This document shows, one piece after another, positions 39,670 to 49,263 of a stretch of DNA of 64,000 nucleotides. Position 1 is the first letter of the stretch, and each line of letters starts with the position of its first letter. Position numbers and translations under genes: made by a program. The stretch spans positions 1,280,001 to 1,344,000 of the forward strand of contig OZ219753.1 of assembly GCA_964291315.2 (NCBI GenBank), given 5' to 3'. The DNA comes from Candidatus Poribacteria bacterium (GTDB taxonomy: Bacteria; Poribacteria; WGA-4E; WGA-3G). The notes under the pieces are model-generated. The model was not told the origin of the DNA. It saw only the letters and a list, made by a program, of their open reading frames with translations, and did not search any database.

Positions 39670-39815
39670 GCAGTTTCCTTTAATGGGCATCAGCTTGAGA
39701 AGTCATCGGTTGTCCGTTATTCAGTTCAAAGAGGCGCGTTGTAAAGATCTAAGTTTTGAGATCTCGTTAAAAAACACCTTTTGACCAATGGACTGGTGAC
39801 CATTAAAGCTGACGA

Positions 39816-41105
39816 CTACTGAGAGAGCGCGGCCAATACCTGTGTAGCGGCTTGAAGCGTTTCGTTGATGTCATCTTCGGAATGGGCCAAAGAGACAAAC
39901 CCCGCCTCAAATTGCGAAGGGGCGACATAGATACCACGTTCTATGAGTCCCCAAAAGTATTGTTGAAAGCAATCCGTATCTGCTGTGCGCGCGCCATCCG
40001 CATCTGTGACGGTTTCCGGGGTGAAGTAAAGCATCAGCATCGAGCCGACACGGCTGTGCCACGCGTCGATACCGTATTCTTCGGTTGCCGCAGCAAGGCC
40101 TTCAGCAAGGGTAGCGGCCCTGTTCTCCAATTGCTCATAAACGTCTGGCTCAGCCAGCTTCTTGAGCGTCGTTATGCCTGCAGTCACAGCTAACGGATTG
40201 CCAGAGAGGGTCCCAGCTTGATAGACATCGCCCTCGGGGGCAACACATCGCATGATGTCTCGATTTCCACCATAAGCTCCGACCGGCAAACCTCCGCCAA
40301 TAATTTTCCCTAAACAGGTCATGTCTGGGGTGACGTTATAGTAAGATTGCGCGCCCCCATACGCCACGCGAAATCCGGTAATAACTTCATCAAAAATGAG
40401 TACGACACCGTGCTCTTCAGTGATCTCTCGGAGTTCCGTGAGGTAGCCGTCTTTGGGCGGAACAATACCCATATTTCCCATAATGGGTTCAAGAATGAGA
40501 CATGCAATTTCGCCCGGGTTAACCGCTATTGCTTCACGCACAGCATCGGCATTATTAAAGGGCACGGTGAGTGTATTTCGCGCGAAATCTTCTGGGACTC
40601 CTCCACTATCGGAGATCCCAAACGTTGCGACACCTGAGCCTGCTTTTGTCAAGAGATGGTCCACATGCCCGTGATAGCATCCGTCGATTTTAATAATTTT
40701 ATCCCGTCCCGTATACCCGCGAGCGACGCGAATCGCAGTCATTGTCGCTTCAGTACCAGAGTTGACGAGGCGCACCTGTTCTATGGAAGGCACCGCATCG
40801 ACGATGGTTTCGGCGAGTTCCGTCTCTAATGTCGTCGGGGCACCAAAACTCGTACCCTTAGCCGCTGCCGAACGGACTGCGGCTACAACCTCGGGATGCG
40901 CATGCCCCAAAACCAAGGGACCCCAAGAAGCAAGATAATCAATGTACCCATTTCCATCGAGGTCATAGACTTTTGAGCCTACACCTCGGGCAATGAAACG
41001 CGGATATCTGCCCACTTTACTGAAGTTACGAACGGGGCTGTTAACGCCACCGGGTATAAATTGTTGTGATTTTTGCCATGCGGCTAAGGACTTACTCGCC
41101 TCCAA
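39816..41105 (-). CDS. hemL: Glutamate-1-semialdehyde 2,1-aminomutase
   Basis: PGGVNSPVR, NSGTEA, GCYHGH, FDEVITGFR, GKIIGGGLP and YQAGTLSGNP motifs. Confidence 0.97.
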   Translation of the reverse strand: MEASKSLAAWQKSQQFIPGGVNSPVRNFSKVGRYPRFIARGVGSKVYDLDGNGYIDYLASWGPLVLGHAHPEVVAAVRSAAAKGTSFGAPTTLETELAETIVDAVPSIEQVRLVNSGTEATMTAIRVARGYTGRDKIIKIDGCYHGHVDHLLTKAGSGVATFGISDSGGVPEDFARNTLTVPFNNADAVREAIAVNPGEIACLILEPIMGNMGIVPPKDGYLTELREITEEHGVVLIFDEVITGFRVAYGGAQSYYNVTPDMTCLGKIIGGGLPVGAYGGNRDIMRCVAPEGDVYQAGTLSGNPLAVTAGITTLKKLAEPDVYEQLENRAATLAEGLAAATEEYGIDAWHSRVGSMLMLYFTPETVTDADGARTADTDCFQQYFWGLIERGIYVAPSQFEAGFVSLAHSEDDINETLQAATQVLAALSQ

Positions 41106-41252
41106 AACATTTCCTCCAAATTTCTATAGCCATCGGCAACCAGCAGTCAGGCGCGTCTGTTGCAGACAGTAATCACGAGGATTCCAGCTACTCATATCCT
41201 AACTCATAACCGGCACAGCTAACGGCTTTTTTATTAATAGCTGACAGCGAAC

Positions 41253-42224
41253 TTATAACCAGTCCACAACGGACTTCGCAAAATAGGTTAGAATCATGTC
41301 TGCCCCCGCGCGTTTTATGCCAGTCAACACTTCAAGGGCAACGCGCTCCTCGTCGATCCAACCGTTTGCTGCCGCTGCTTTAATCATCGCATACTCACCA
41401 CTGACGTTGTAGGCCGCAACGGGTATCTGAAATGCTGCCTTGACTTGATGAATCACATCAAGATAGGCTAGTGCAGGCTTCACCATGAGGATATCAGCAC
41501 CTTCTCCGATATCGAGTGAAACTTCCCGTAACGCCTCTTCCACATTCCCTGGATCCATCTGATACGTACGCCGGTCTCCGAATTGTGGCGTAGATTCAGC
41601 TGCTGCACGAAAGGGACCGTAAAAACCCGAGGCGTATTTAGCAGAATACGCCATGATCGGTATCTTTTGGTATCCATTTTCATCCAACGCTGTGCGAATA
41701 GCCCCAACGCGCCCATCCATCATGTCTGACGGCGCAATCACATCCGCACCCGCACGCGCGTGCGAAAGACTCGCTTTCACAAGAAGGTCAAGCGTCTGAT
41801 CGTTGTGGACTTCACCGGCTTCAACAACCCCACAATGCCCGTGGTCTGTGTATTCACAGAGGCAAACGTCAGTCATCACCAACAGGTCAGGCTCGCTATC
41901 TTTAATGGCTCGAACCGCTTGTTGAATGATGCCATCCTCGGCATAAGCTGCTAAACCGAAAGGGTCTTTTGATGCCGGAATTCCGAACAAGATTGTCCCT
42001 GGAATTCCAACTGCAGCAAGCTCTTTCGCAGCTCTGATGAGCGTATCAATTGAGTACTGGTAACACCCAGGCATTGCGGAAATTTCAGTTGCAGTGCCGC
42101 GCCCGGGAACCACGAACATCGGATAGATAAGGTCGCTAGCGGAAAGCGTTGTTTCGCGAACCAGTCGCCTCAGATTTTCATTCGCGCGAAGCCGCCTTGG
42201 GCGATAGACAGGAAAGGTACTCAT
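41253..42224 (-). CDS. hemB: Porphobilinogen synthase (Zn-dependent)
   Basis: [34 protein letters not shown] and YNVSGEY motifs. Confidence 0.97.
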   Translation of the reverse strand: MSTFPVYRPRRLRANENLRRLVRETTLSASDLIYPMFVVPGRGTATEISAMPGCYQYSIDTLIRAAKELAAVGIPGTILFGIPASKDPFGLAAYAEDGIIQQAVRAIKDSEPDLLVMTDVCLCEYTDHGHCGVVEAGEVHNDQTLDLLVKASLSHARAGADVIAPSDMMDGRVGAIRTALDENGYQKIPIMAYSAKYASGFYGPFRAAAESTPQFGDRRTYQMDPGNVEEALREVSLDIGEGADILMVKPALAYLDVIHQVKAAFQIPVAAYNVSGEYAMIKAAAANGWIDEERVALEVLTGIKRAGADMILTYFAKSVVDWL

Positions 42225-43141
42225 TCGCTCTCCGAACCGGATTTGATTTCATAACGGATCAACTCAAATTCTTTCTCTTCGGGGGGCTCTAACCCGATTG
42301 CCTCCGCGGCTTCGTCTTGATGGTGTTCCTGTGTAAGCTTAACAATACCAACATTCGGAGCCAACCAGAGCGTTGTAACTGATATGCCCTTTTGTTCTTG
42401 CACTCCCGGCTGTTGTGGAATTTCCGCGGAGAGAGCTGTTTCACTTGATACGTCTGTCCGGTACTCAACCACCAAACACTCCTCGAAAGTACCGGCATCT
42501 GTTTCTACAGTTTCTGTGCCTGTGATCTTCCCGATTTCTACATAATTTGTGTAGGTTGTCGCCGTTTGCGTCGAACCCCCGGGGAATTCTATGCCGCTTC
42601 CGCTGATATTGATAGTCATAGTCACCGTAACATTTGCTTCAAGCGCCGTCCATTCTTCATCAAAAGTACCAGGGGTCGGCAGGAAATAGAAGTAGTCTTG
42701 CGAGGCTACATCGAGCTCATAATCTATGTCAAATGAGATGTCAAACCCTGCGGGGGCCTGTGCCTGCATTTGCTGACGCATGAAGACCAACGCTTCATCC
42801 ATCTGCTCTGTCTGGACCGCCTTAGTCGAGTTTTGCACCTCCTCCCCGACGAAGAACGCCACCCAGTCATCCCCGACTTGATAGTAATACGGATGCATAT
42901 GATGCTCAAAGTCCGCCCAATTCTCTAAACTGGGCTCATAACTGAAGGCCCGATAGGTGTCGCCCTCAATATTTGTTGTTTCTATAGCATACCGCGTCAA
43001 CTCTTCGCCGTTTTGGTCTTCGTAAACCCAGTAACTTCCTAGAGTATCTGGGAAATAGTAATTTGCCCATTCGTTGCTCATTAACGCCCCGCTACAACTG
43101 AAGACGAGTAAAAGTATCAGAATAGACCGAATTTTTCTCAC
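42221..43141 (-). CDS. Hypothetical secreted protein
   Basis: Signal peptide, YFP...GSYWVY, TDAGTFE.C and [10 protein letters not shown]. Overlaps the hemB start (ATGA). Confidence 0.8.
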   Translation of the reverse strand: MRKIRSILILLLVFSCSGALMSNEWANYYFPDTLGSYWVYEDQNGEELTRYAIETTNIEGDTYRAFSYEPSLENWADFEHHMHPYYYQVGDDWVAFFVGEEVQNSTKAVQTEQMDEALVFMRQQMQAQAPAGFDISFDIDYELDVASQDYFYFLPTPGTFDEEWTALEANVTVTMTINISGSGIEFPGGSTQTATTYTNYVEIGKITGTETVETDAGTFEECLVVEYRTDVSSETALSAEIPQQPGVQEQKGISVTTLWLAPNVGIVKLTQEHHQDEAAEAIGLEPPEEKEFELIRYEIKSGSESE

Positions 43142-43253
43142 AGTAATATTCCTCCATTTTTTTATTTTTCCAACTCTCTACCTAAATATTATATAGAATT
43201 CTCTTGGAAACCGCAACGGAAACGTAACGCGTTCCGGGCATCCCAAAAAGGGC

Positions 43254-44339
43254 TTAACGTTTCTCGTATTCAAAAGGGAAATAGATAGGGGCCCCCTCAT
43301 TTGCCCATGAACGCGCCATAGCAACATCAATTTCGCGGTCTTTCCGCCCGTTGTATGCGCCATATTCGGGCTCTGTATCGTTGCGAACCGCATTGACGAG
43401 GCTCATTAATTCCGATGCAACGCTGATCTCGCCATCACTGAGCGGATAATTTTGTAACGGGTTCTCCCAAACAACTTTAGGTTTGGTATCCGCCACAAGC
43501 GCAGCCAATGTTTCGTATCCATCAACCCTATTCGTTTTACGAGCAATATGAATTGGACGCTGGGCATCAGCGGTGCCGTTCAAGATGACTGCCTCATTTC
43601 GGAAACACATCCCGCGCTCTGCATAGAATTTTGAACCGTTAAATCCACGGAGGGGAGAGCCATAAGATAGGCTACTAAAATTGAAAATACCAAACGCACC
43701 ATCTTTAAACTCAATTACAGCATGCTGCCAGTCCTCAGTGTTGCGCTCAGGCTGCCCCTGCCGCCAGATGTGATTCTGAACGTTATACTGTCTTCGGAAA
43801 CCGTGAACTTGCACGGGTTCATTTTCGAAACCGAGGTAGCTGCGGATAAGTCCGATACCGTGGTACCCGTGCCCCCGAAAGTCGTTATAAGCCACATTGA
43901 CTCTGCCGAAAACCCCTTCAAGAATCATTTCTCGTTTGATGCGTTCGGTAGGAACACGGTAGTAGTTTTCGTTGACTTCCAACTTCGCGCCGTTGGTTTG
44001 TGCAGACGTAATCATCTTGTCTGCCCATCCCAGATCTGTGTCGATGGGCGTTTCAGTGCAATAACTGACTCCACGTTCGGAGCAGAGGAGGCCGGGAATA
44101 TGATTATTACTAGGCGTAATGACGATTGCACAAATGTCAGGTTTCACACTATCCAACATGTGCTCAGTATCAGTGTAAGCCGGGACATTGTACTTTTCGG
44201 CTTGTTCCGTGGCGCTCTCTTCACGTTGATCGCAAACTGCAACCAATTCAAGATCGTCTGTCAACTTTGAGATAATTGGCAGATAGGTTCCGCTCCCGCG
44301 CCTGCCTGTACCGATATGTGTGATTTTGAGTCTCTCCAC
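43254..44339 (-). CDS. Gfo/Idh/MocA family oxidoreductase
   Basis: IGTGRRG, LVAVCD, ETP, ENY and YHG motifs. Confidence 0.87.
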   Translation of the reverse strand: MERLKITHIGTGRRGSGTYLPIISKLTDDLELVAVCDQREESATEQAEKYNVPAYTDTEHMLDSVKPDICAIVITPSNNHIPGLLCSERGVSYCTETPIDTDLGWADKMITSAQTNGAKLEVNENYYRVPTERIKREMILEGVFGRVNVAYNDFRGHGYHGIGLIRSYLGFENEPVQVHGFRRQYNVQNHIWRQGQPERNTEDWQHAVIEFKDGAFGIFNFSSLSYGSPLRGFNGSKFYAERGMCFRNEAVILNGTADAQRPIHIARKTNRVDGYETLAALVADTKPKVVWENPLQNYPLSDGEISVASELMSLVNAVRNDTEPEYGAYNGRKDREIDVAMARSWANEGAPIYFPFEYEKR

Positions 44340-44379
44340 GCTTCTCTCCTCCGCCTGTGTTGATAGAGCTCTACGGGTG

Positions 44380-44865
44380 TCATTCTACCCAGAAGATATG
44401 GCTACGTTCAAAGAGATCATCCAGATAAATTTCCACGAACCACTCCCCGGTAGTATCCGGTAAGTCTATGTAGAACCAAGTGATTTTATCCCCAGTCGTT
44501 GAGGTGAGCCTCTTTTTTTCGGTCCAGAACGGTGGATCCTCTACGTCCTCATCTGGCGAGAACCACGAAACCTCAACGACGTGTTCTTCTATGATATTAT
44601 CCCACAGAATCCATAAAAACACTTGTTCATTGACATCGGCAGCAAACGTCGTCGTGATACCGTCGGGTCTATCATCAAAGACGCTAATTGCGAGAGCAGA
44701 ATCAACGATGGTTGGTTCATCACGGCCGACATCCATAAAACCGCTGCCACCAGAGGGGGTTTCACTACAACCGCTTAACACAACCGTCAAACATAACAGA
44801 GCGATCCCTAATACGGAATATAGGTTTGTGTGCAGTGTCTTGATAAAAACGCGTATCTGATACAT
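44380..44865 (-). CDS. Hypothetical lipoprotein
   Basis: Hydrophobic stretch plus LSGC lipobox, and an Ig-like GEWFVEIY C-terminus. AGAGGAG RBS. Confidence 0.75.
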   Translation of the reverse strand: MYQIRVFIKTLHTNLYSVLGIALLCLTVVLSGCSETPSGGSGFMDVGRDEPTIVDSALAISVFDDRPDGITTTFAADVNEQVFLWILWDNIIEEHVVEVSWFSPDEDVEDPPFWTEKKRLTSTTGDKITWFYIDLPDTTGEWFVEIYLDDLFERSHIFWVE

Positions 44866-44997
44866 GAGTTTCTCTCCTCTTGCCGGACAAAAGATACCCG
44901 GGCCAATTAATTGGGCATAAATCCTAACCGCTATTATATCAAGTATCAGATTTTTTGTCAAAGAAAATCGTTCGATCCATTCTACCTCAGTTTTCCG

Positions 44998-45026
44998 TTG
45001 ACATATCCAGCTTCCAATGATAGATT
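44998..45026 (+). promoter_or_regulatory. sigma70-type promoter
   Basis: TTGACA-17-TAGATT upstream of 45101. Confidence 0.5.
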
Positions 45027-45100
45027 AGGTCTCTATAATCCAGGCGGTAGACTATCAGATTGATACCGCAATAAGAGACAGCATAGTATGGGGAAAAACT

Positions 45101-46534
45101 GTGGAGATCTATAATTTAACCATCATCGGTGGCGGAAGCGCTGGGCTAGTGCTTGCAGTAGCAGGCGCAAAGTTAGGCAAAAAAACCGCCCTCGTAGAAA
45201 AACACCGCATCGGAGGCGATTGCCTCTGGACCGGGTGCGTACCGTCCAAAGCACTTCTCAAAGCAGCGAAAGTCGCAAATTACATCCGAAATGCAGAAAG
45301 ATACGGCGTTGCTGCCATAGACCCTACGACTACTGCCGCCGATTGGCAGCAGGTGATGACGTATATACAAAGCGCACAACACACCATAGAAGAAGAACAC
45401 GATAACCCCGAACGGTTTCGAGAACTAGGCATCGATGTTATCTTCGGAAAAGGGCATTTTGAATCAGATGACACCTTCGTCGTCGAAGACGCAGAGAACG
45501 GCATGACACGTACCCTCAAAAGCAAAAAGTTTGTGATTAGCACCGGCTCTCGCCCACTCGTCCCGCCAATACCCGGATTGAACAGTTGTGAGTATCTCGA
45601 TAGCGAAACAGTTTGGGAATTAGATGAACGCCCGAATCGGATGCTCGTTGTCGGCGCAGGGCCGATCGGTGTCGAACTTGGACAAGCTTTTCATCGCCTC
45701 GGCGCTGATGTAACAATAGCACAACGCAGCAGCCGCATCTTGACAAAGGAGGACGCGGAGGTCTCTGAACAGATGCTACGCTACCTTCGAGCAGACGGCC
45801 TCACTATCCGACTCAACACAAATATAACGGAGGTTAGGCAAAACGGAGAAGGCACAAAGGTGATGCTCACCAGTCCGGAGGAAGGCAGTGTAGAACAGAC
45901 ATTCGATAAAATTCTAATCGCTGCAGGACGTGCACCAAACGTTGAGGACTTAGAACTTGACAGAATCGGCGTACGGTTAGGCAAACGCGGGATAGAAGTG
46001 AATAGTAGACTGCAGACGAGCGTTAAAAATATCTATGCCGCCGGTGATGTAATTGGACACTATTTGTTCACGCATGTTGCAGCGTTCCAAGCACAACTAC
46101 TCCTCCGAAACATCTTCTTTCCGTTCGCCAGAGCGATTAACTATGCAGTTGTACCCTGGACGACTTTCTCTGATCCAGAAGTGGCCCGCTGTGGTTTAAC
46201 AGAGGCAGAAGCACGTGAGAAACATGGCGACATCGACGTTTTTACGCTCAACCAAGCAGACGTTGACAGAGCCGTCGCTGAAGGGGAAACACAAGGCTTC
46301 ACGAAGGTGATCGCGAGTCGCTGGCGCGGAAAGATATTAGGGGTTCATATTGTCGGCACCAATGCCGGCGAGGTTATCCACGAGTACGTTTTGGCGATGC
46401 AAACAGGAACCACTTTGAGAAAATTAAGTCGTATGATCCACGTCTACCCCACATTTTCTAGCAGCGCGTGGCGTATCGCAGGCAAATGGTTCTCCGAAGG
46501 AACGTTGATTCAAACGCTGCGAAAATTGTTCTAA
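45101..46534 (+). CDS. Pyridine nucleotide-disulfide oxidoreductase (Lpd/MerA-like)
   Basis: GGGSAG, GGDCLWTGCVPSK redox disulfide, GAGPIG, YAAGD and HVYPT. No C-terminal Cys-Cys pair. Confidence 0.88.
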   Translation: MEIYNLTIIGGGSAGLVLAVAGAKLGKKTALVEKHRIGGDCLWTGCVPSKALLKAAKVANYIRNAERYGVAAIDPTTTAADWQQVMTYIQSAQHTIEEEHDNPERFRELGIDVIFGKGHFESDDTFVVEDAENGMTRTLKSKKFVISTGSRPLVPPIPGLNSCEYLDSETVWELDERPNRMLVVGAGPIGVELGQAFHRLGADVTIAQRSSRILTKEDAEVSEQMLRYLRADGLTIRLNTNITEVRQNGEGTKVMLTSPEEGSVEQTFDKILIAAGRAPNVEDLELDRIGVRLGKRGIEVNSRLQTSVKNIYAAGDVIGHYLFTHVAAFQAQLLLRNIFFPFARAINYAVVPWTTFSDPEVARCGLTEAEAREKHGDIDVFTLNQADVDRAVAEGETQGFTKVIASRWRGKILGVHIVGTNAGEVIHEYVLAMQTGTTLRKLSRMIHVYPTFSSSAWRIAGKWFSEGTLIQTLRKLF

Positions 46535-46570
46535 TCGGATTAAGTGGTCACTATTCATTATCCATCAAAG

Positions 46571-46698
46571 AAAAAAAGCCGGAAACCATGTTCCCCGTTA
46601 GTTCAAAACGGCTCAGAGTCCTAACCTAACTCACGCAACAGAGGTTTGACAGCTGCACCTTTTAGGAATATGGCTCCAGCTTGCCTAAGGAGGCTCAC
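46571..46698 (-). ncRNA. Candidate cloverleaf (tRNA/Y-RNA-like) non-coding RNA
   Basis: sigma54 promoter at the expected distance, an ~18-bp closing stem enclosing three 5-bp hairpins, and a U7 tail. Confidence 0.55.
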
Positions 46699-46708
46699 GG
46701 AAAAATAA

Positions 46709-46724
46709 AGCAAATGTCGTGCCA
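46709..46724 (-). promoter_or_regulatory. sigma54 (RpoN) -24/-12 promoter
   Basis: TGGCACGACATTTGCT matches TGGCACG-N4-TTGCW exactly. Confidence 0.75.
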
Positions 46725-46821
46725 CCCCAAAATAACTATTTTGAGCGATTTACCGGATAAAAGTGCCTGTTTTTCGAACAAGTTCGAACAAATATGACTA
46801 AAAAATAGGCAGCTGTCTGCT

Positions 46822-48279
46822 TTAACCCTTCACAACCCCGACAGGGCGGAGGCGCGCTACACGACGCGAGAGACCGGCTTCGTCAACAACGCGAACCACT
46901 TCATCGACATCCTTGTATGCTTCTGGGACTTCTTCCTGAAGCGTGCGCCTGCCTTCAGCGCGCACATAGATACCTTGCGCCTCCAAATCCTTCTGAATGG
47001 AACGACCCTTTGTCAACGCGATCGCCTTTCGCCGGGAGAGAACTCTGCCCGCACCGTGACAGGTTGTCCCCCACGTCTCTGCCATCGCGCCGGGCTTACC
47101 GACAAGCACATAAGAGGCAGTGCCCATATCGCCAGGAATCAGAACAGGTTGTCCAATTTTCTGGTATTTTTCGGGTATCTCTGGATGCCCCGCCGGAAAT
47201 GCACGCGTTGCCCCTTTGCGATGGATAAATAACTCCCGTTCTTCTCCATCTACCGTGTGTTTTTCAAACTTCCCAATATTGTGGGCTACATCGTAGACCA
47301 GCTCTAAACCGAGCTCATCCGCTGTCGTTCCGAAAAACTGCATGAAGGTCTGGCGCACAAGGTGCATGATGCACTGCCGATTGTTCCATGCATAGTTCGC
47401 ACCACACGCCATCGCAGCGATGTAGTCTTGTCCCTCAGGTGAATTGATTGGCGCTGAGGCAAGCTGCCGGTCGGGGAGAGTGATGCCGTATCTTTCAGCA
47501 ACTTTAATCCAGCTTTTAACGTGTTCATCGCAAACCTGGTAACCGAAGCCACGCGAACCGGTATGAATCATCACACAGATGCTGCCCTCGCTGAGCCCCA
47601 TCGCGTTAGCAGCTTCTCGGTAAAAAACGCGATCCACCGCTTGCACTTCAAGAAAGTGGTTACCCGACCCGAGCGTTCCGAGCTGATTCTTACCACGTTC
47701 TAAGGCGCGCCGGCTCGCAGCAGCGGCATCGGCGTGGTCTAGAAAACCTGTCGCCTCGGTAAAGTCGAGGTCACCGGCGTGTCCGTATTCACGCTCGATC
47801 GCCCACAGCGCACCTTTCTCTAACATCTGTCGTTCTTCTTGAAGGGTGAGCCGAATGTTGCCGCTTGAACCCACACCACACGGGATATTCTCAAACAGCT
47901 TGCCGACGAGTTCCCCGCGCTTCCCTTCAAGCTGCGAAACATCAAGATTCGTTCGAATGAGTCGAACCCCGCAGTTGATGTCATACCCAATCCCGCCCGG
48001 AGAGACCACACCATCCGCTTGAGGATCTGTGGCAGCGACACCGCCGATAACGAACCCGTAACCCCAGTGCAAATCTGGCATCGCAAGCGAATGCTTGACA
48101 ATACCCGGGAGATGCGCAACGTTCGCAACCTGCTGCAACGCCTCGTCACTTTTTGCATGCTCAAGAAGCTTCTCGTTCGCATAGACAATACCATCAACCC
48201 GCATGCCCTTCATGTAGCTCTTCGGGATACGCCAACGGTATTCGTCCAGCTTTTGGAGTGTTATGTTTTGTTGTGTCAT
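46822..48279 (-). CDS. rtcB: RNA 2',3'-cyclic phosphate/3'-phosphate-5'-OH ligase RtcB (long archaeal/eukaryote-like type)
   Basis: MPDLHWGYGF.IGGV, GYDINCG, GSGNHFLE, HTGSRG, HN, HRKGATRAF and CHGAGR motifs. Confidence 0.96.
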   Translation of the reverse strand: MTQQNITLQKLDEYRWRIPKSYMKGMRVDGIVYANEKLLEHAKSDEALQQVANVAHLPGIVKHSLAMPDLHWGYGFVIGGVAATDPQADGVVSPGGIGYDINCGVRLIRTNLDVSQLEGKRGELVGKLFENIPCGVGSSGNIRLTLQEERQMLEKGALWAIEREYGHAGDLDFTEATGFLDHADAAAASRRALERGKNQLGTLGSGNHFLEVQAVDRVFYREAANAMGLSEGSICVMIHTGSRGFGYQVCDEHVKSWIKVAERYGITLPDRQLASAPINSPEGQDYIAAMACGANYAWNNRQCIMHLVRQTFMQFFGTTADELGLELVYDVAHNIGKFEKHTVDGEERELFIHRKGATRAFPAGHPEIPEKYQKIGQPVLIPGDMGTASYVLVGKPGAMAETWGTTCHGAGRVLSRRKAIALTKGRSIQKDLEAQGIYVRAEGRRTLQEEVPEAYKDVDEVVRVVDEAGLSRRVARLRPVGVVKG

Positions 48280-48386
48280 ACCGCTATTATACAATATTTC
48301 TCACTATTAAGGTAACACATTCGCGTGAATAGCAGAATTACCTAGAAACAAATCAGTATTCAGTATAGCGAGGCGGATAAAAAAAC

Positions 48387-48416
48387 TTGACACCGGCTGT
48401 CCATATTTCCTACAAT
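48387..48416 (+). promoter_or_regulatory. sigma70-type promoter
   Basis: TTGACA-18-TACAAT upstream of the methyltransferase. Confidence 0.45.
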
Positions 48417-48570
48417 TGACAGACAGCTGATGCTAACTAAAAAATGGATACCCTAACTTGGATTAAAAGTATAACAAGGATCCTTAATTTTTGCGAAGAA
48501 ATTTGAGACGACGCTTTAAATAGGACAATAGCTTTCACATTTGCTACAGATGCCCGGGACCTAAAAACAG

Positions 48571-49263
48571 ATGACTCTATCGAATAGGACATTAATACGC
48601 GGCGATAATCTACAGGCAATGCGGGAGTTCTCCGATATTTGTATCGACTTGATCGCTACCGACCCGCCCTTCAACTCCAAACGAGACTACTTCTTGCCAT
48701 ACAGAGCCGAGAAAGGTCAAAAATCTGATGCCCTCGTCAAAGCGTTTTCAGATACATGGACATGGGGATCGGAAGCAGAGAGCACCTATCAAGAACTACT
48801 CATCGATGCCGAGGAACAGGTCAGCAGCACGATTCAAGGCCTACGCCAATGCCTCAACGAAATACCTATGATGGCATACCTAGTTATGATGACGGTACGC
48901 ATTGTAGAAATGCATCGCATTCTCAAGGAAACCGGCAGTCTTTACCTGCATTGTGATCCTACGGCAAGCCACTACCTCAAAATCATACTCGATGCCGTGT
49001 TCGGTACACAGAATTTTAAAAATGAAATTGTGTGGCATTACAAACGGTGGACAGCCGCTTCTAGACATTTTCAAAAAATGCACGATGTGATCTTCTGGTA
49101 TTCTAAAACGGACGCTCATACCTTTACACAACCGCTGCAACCTTTTTCTGATGAATCATATATCGAAAACACAGTGCGCGGTTTTGTCGACGGTAAACTG
49201 GTCCGATTAAAGCACAAAGACGGCAACTACGTCTTGCGCAAAACCCAAAAAGAGGGGTCTTGA
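48571..49263 (+). CDS. Site-specific DNA methyltransferase (N4/N6, beta-class), N-terminal fragment; frameshifted
   Basis: GDNL, DLIATDPPF, GSLYLHCDPTASHYLK and NEIVW motifs. Confidence 0.85.
   Translation: MTLSNRTLIRGDNLQAMREFSDICIDLIATDPPFNSKRDYFLPYRAEKGQKSDALVKAFSDTWTWGSEAESTYQELLIDAEEQVSSTIQGLRQCLNEIPMMAYLVMMTVRIVEMHRILKETGSLYLHCDPTASHYLKIILDAVFGTQNFKNEIVWHYKRWTAASRHFQKMHDVIFWYSKTDAHTFTQPLQPFSDESYIENTVRGFVDGKLVRLKHKDGNYVLRKTQKEGS

Noticed and set aside
45101-46534. Mercuric reductase merA
   Set aside because: No C-terminal Cys-Cys pair, no NmerA domain and no mer genes nearby.
46590-46670. Canonical tRNA gene (GTT in the middle loop would read Asn)
   Set aside because: Lacks the TTCRA T-loop, U33, D-loop GG and CCA, and has an 8-nt linker after the acceptor-like strand. 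Kept only as a tRNA-like candidate ncRNA.
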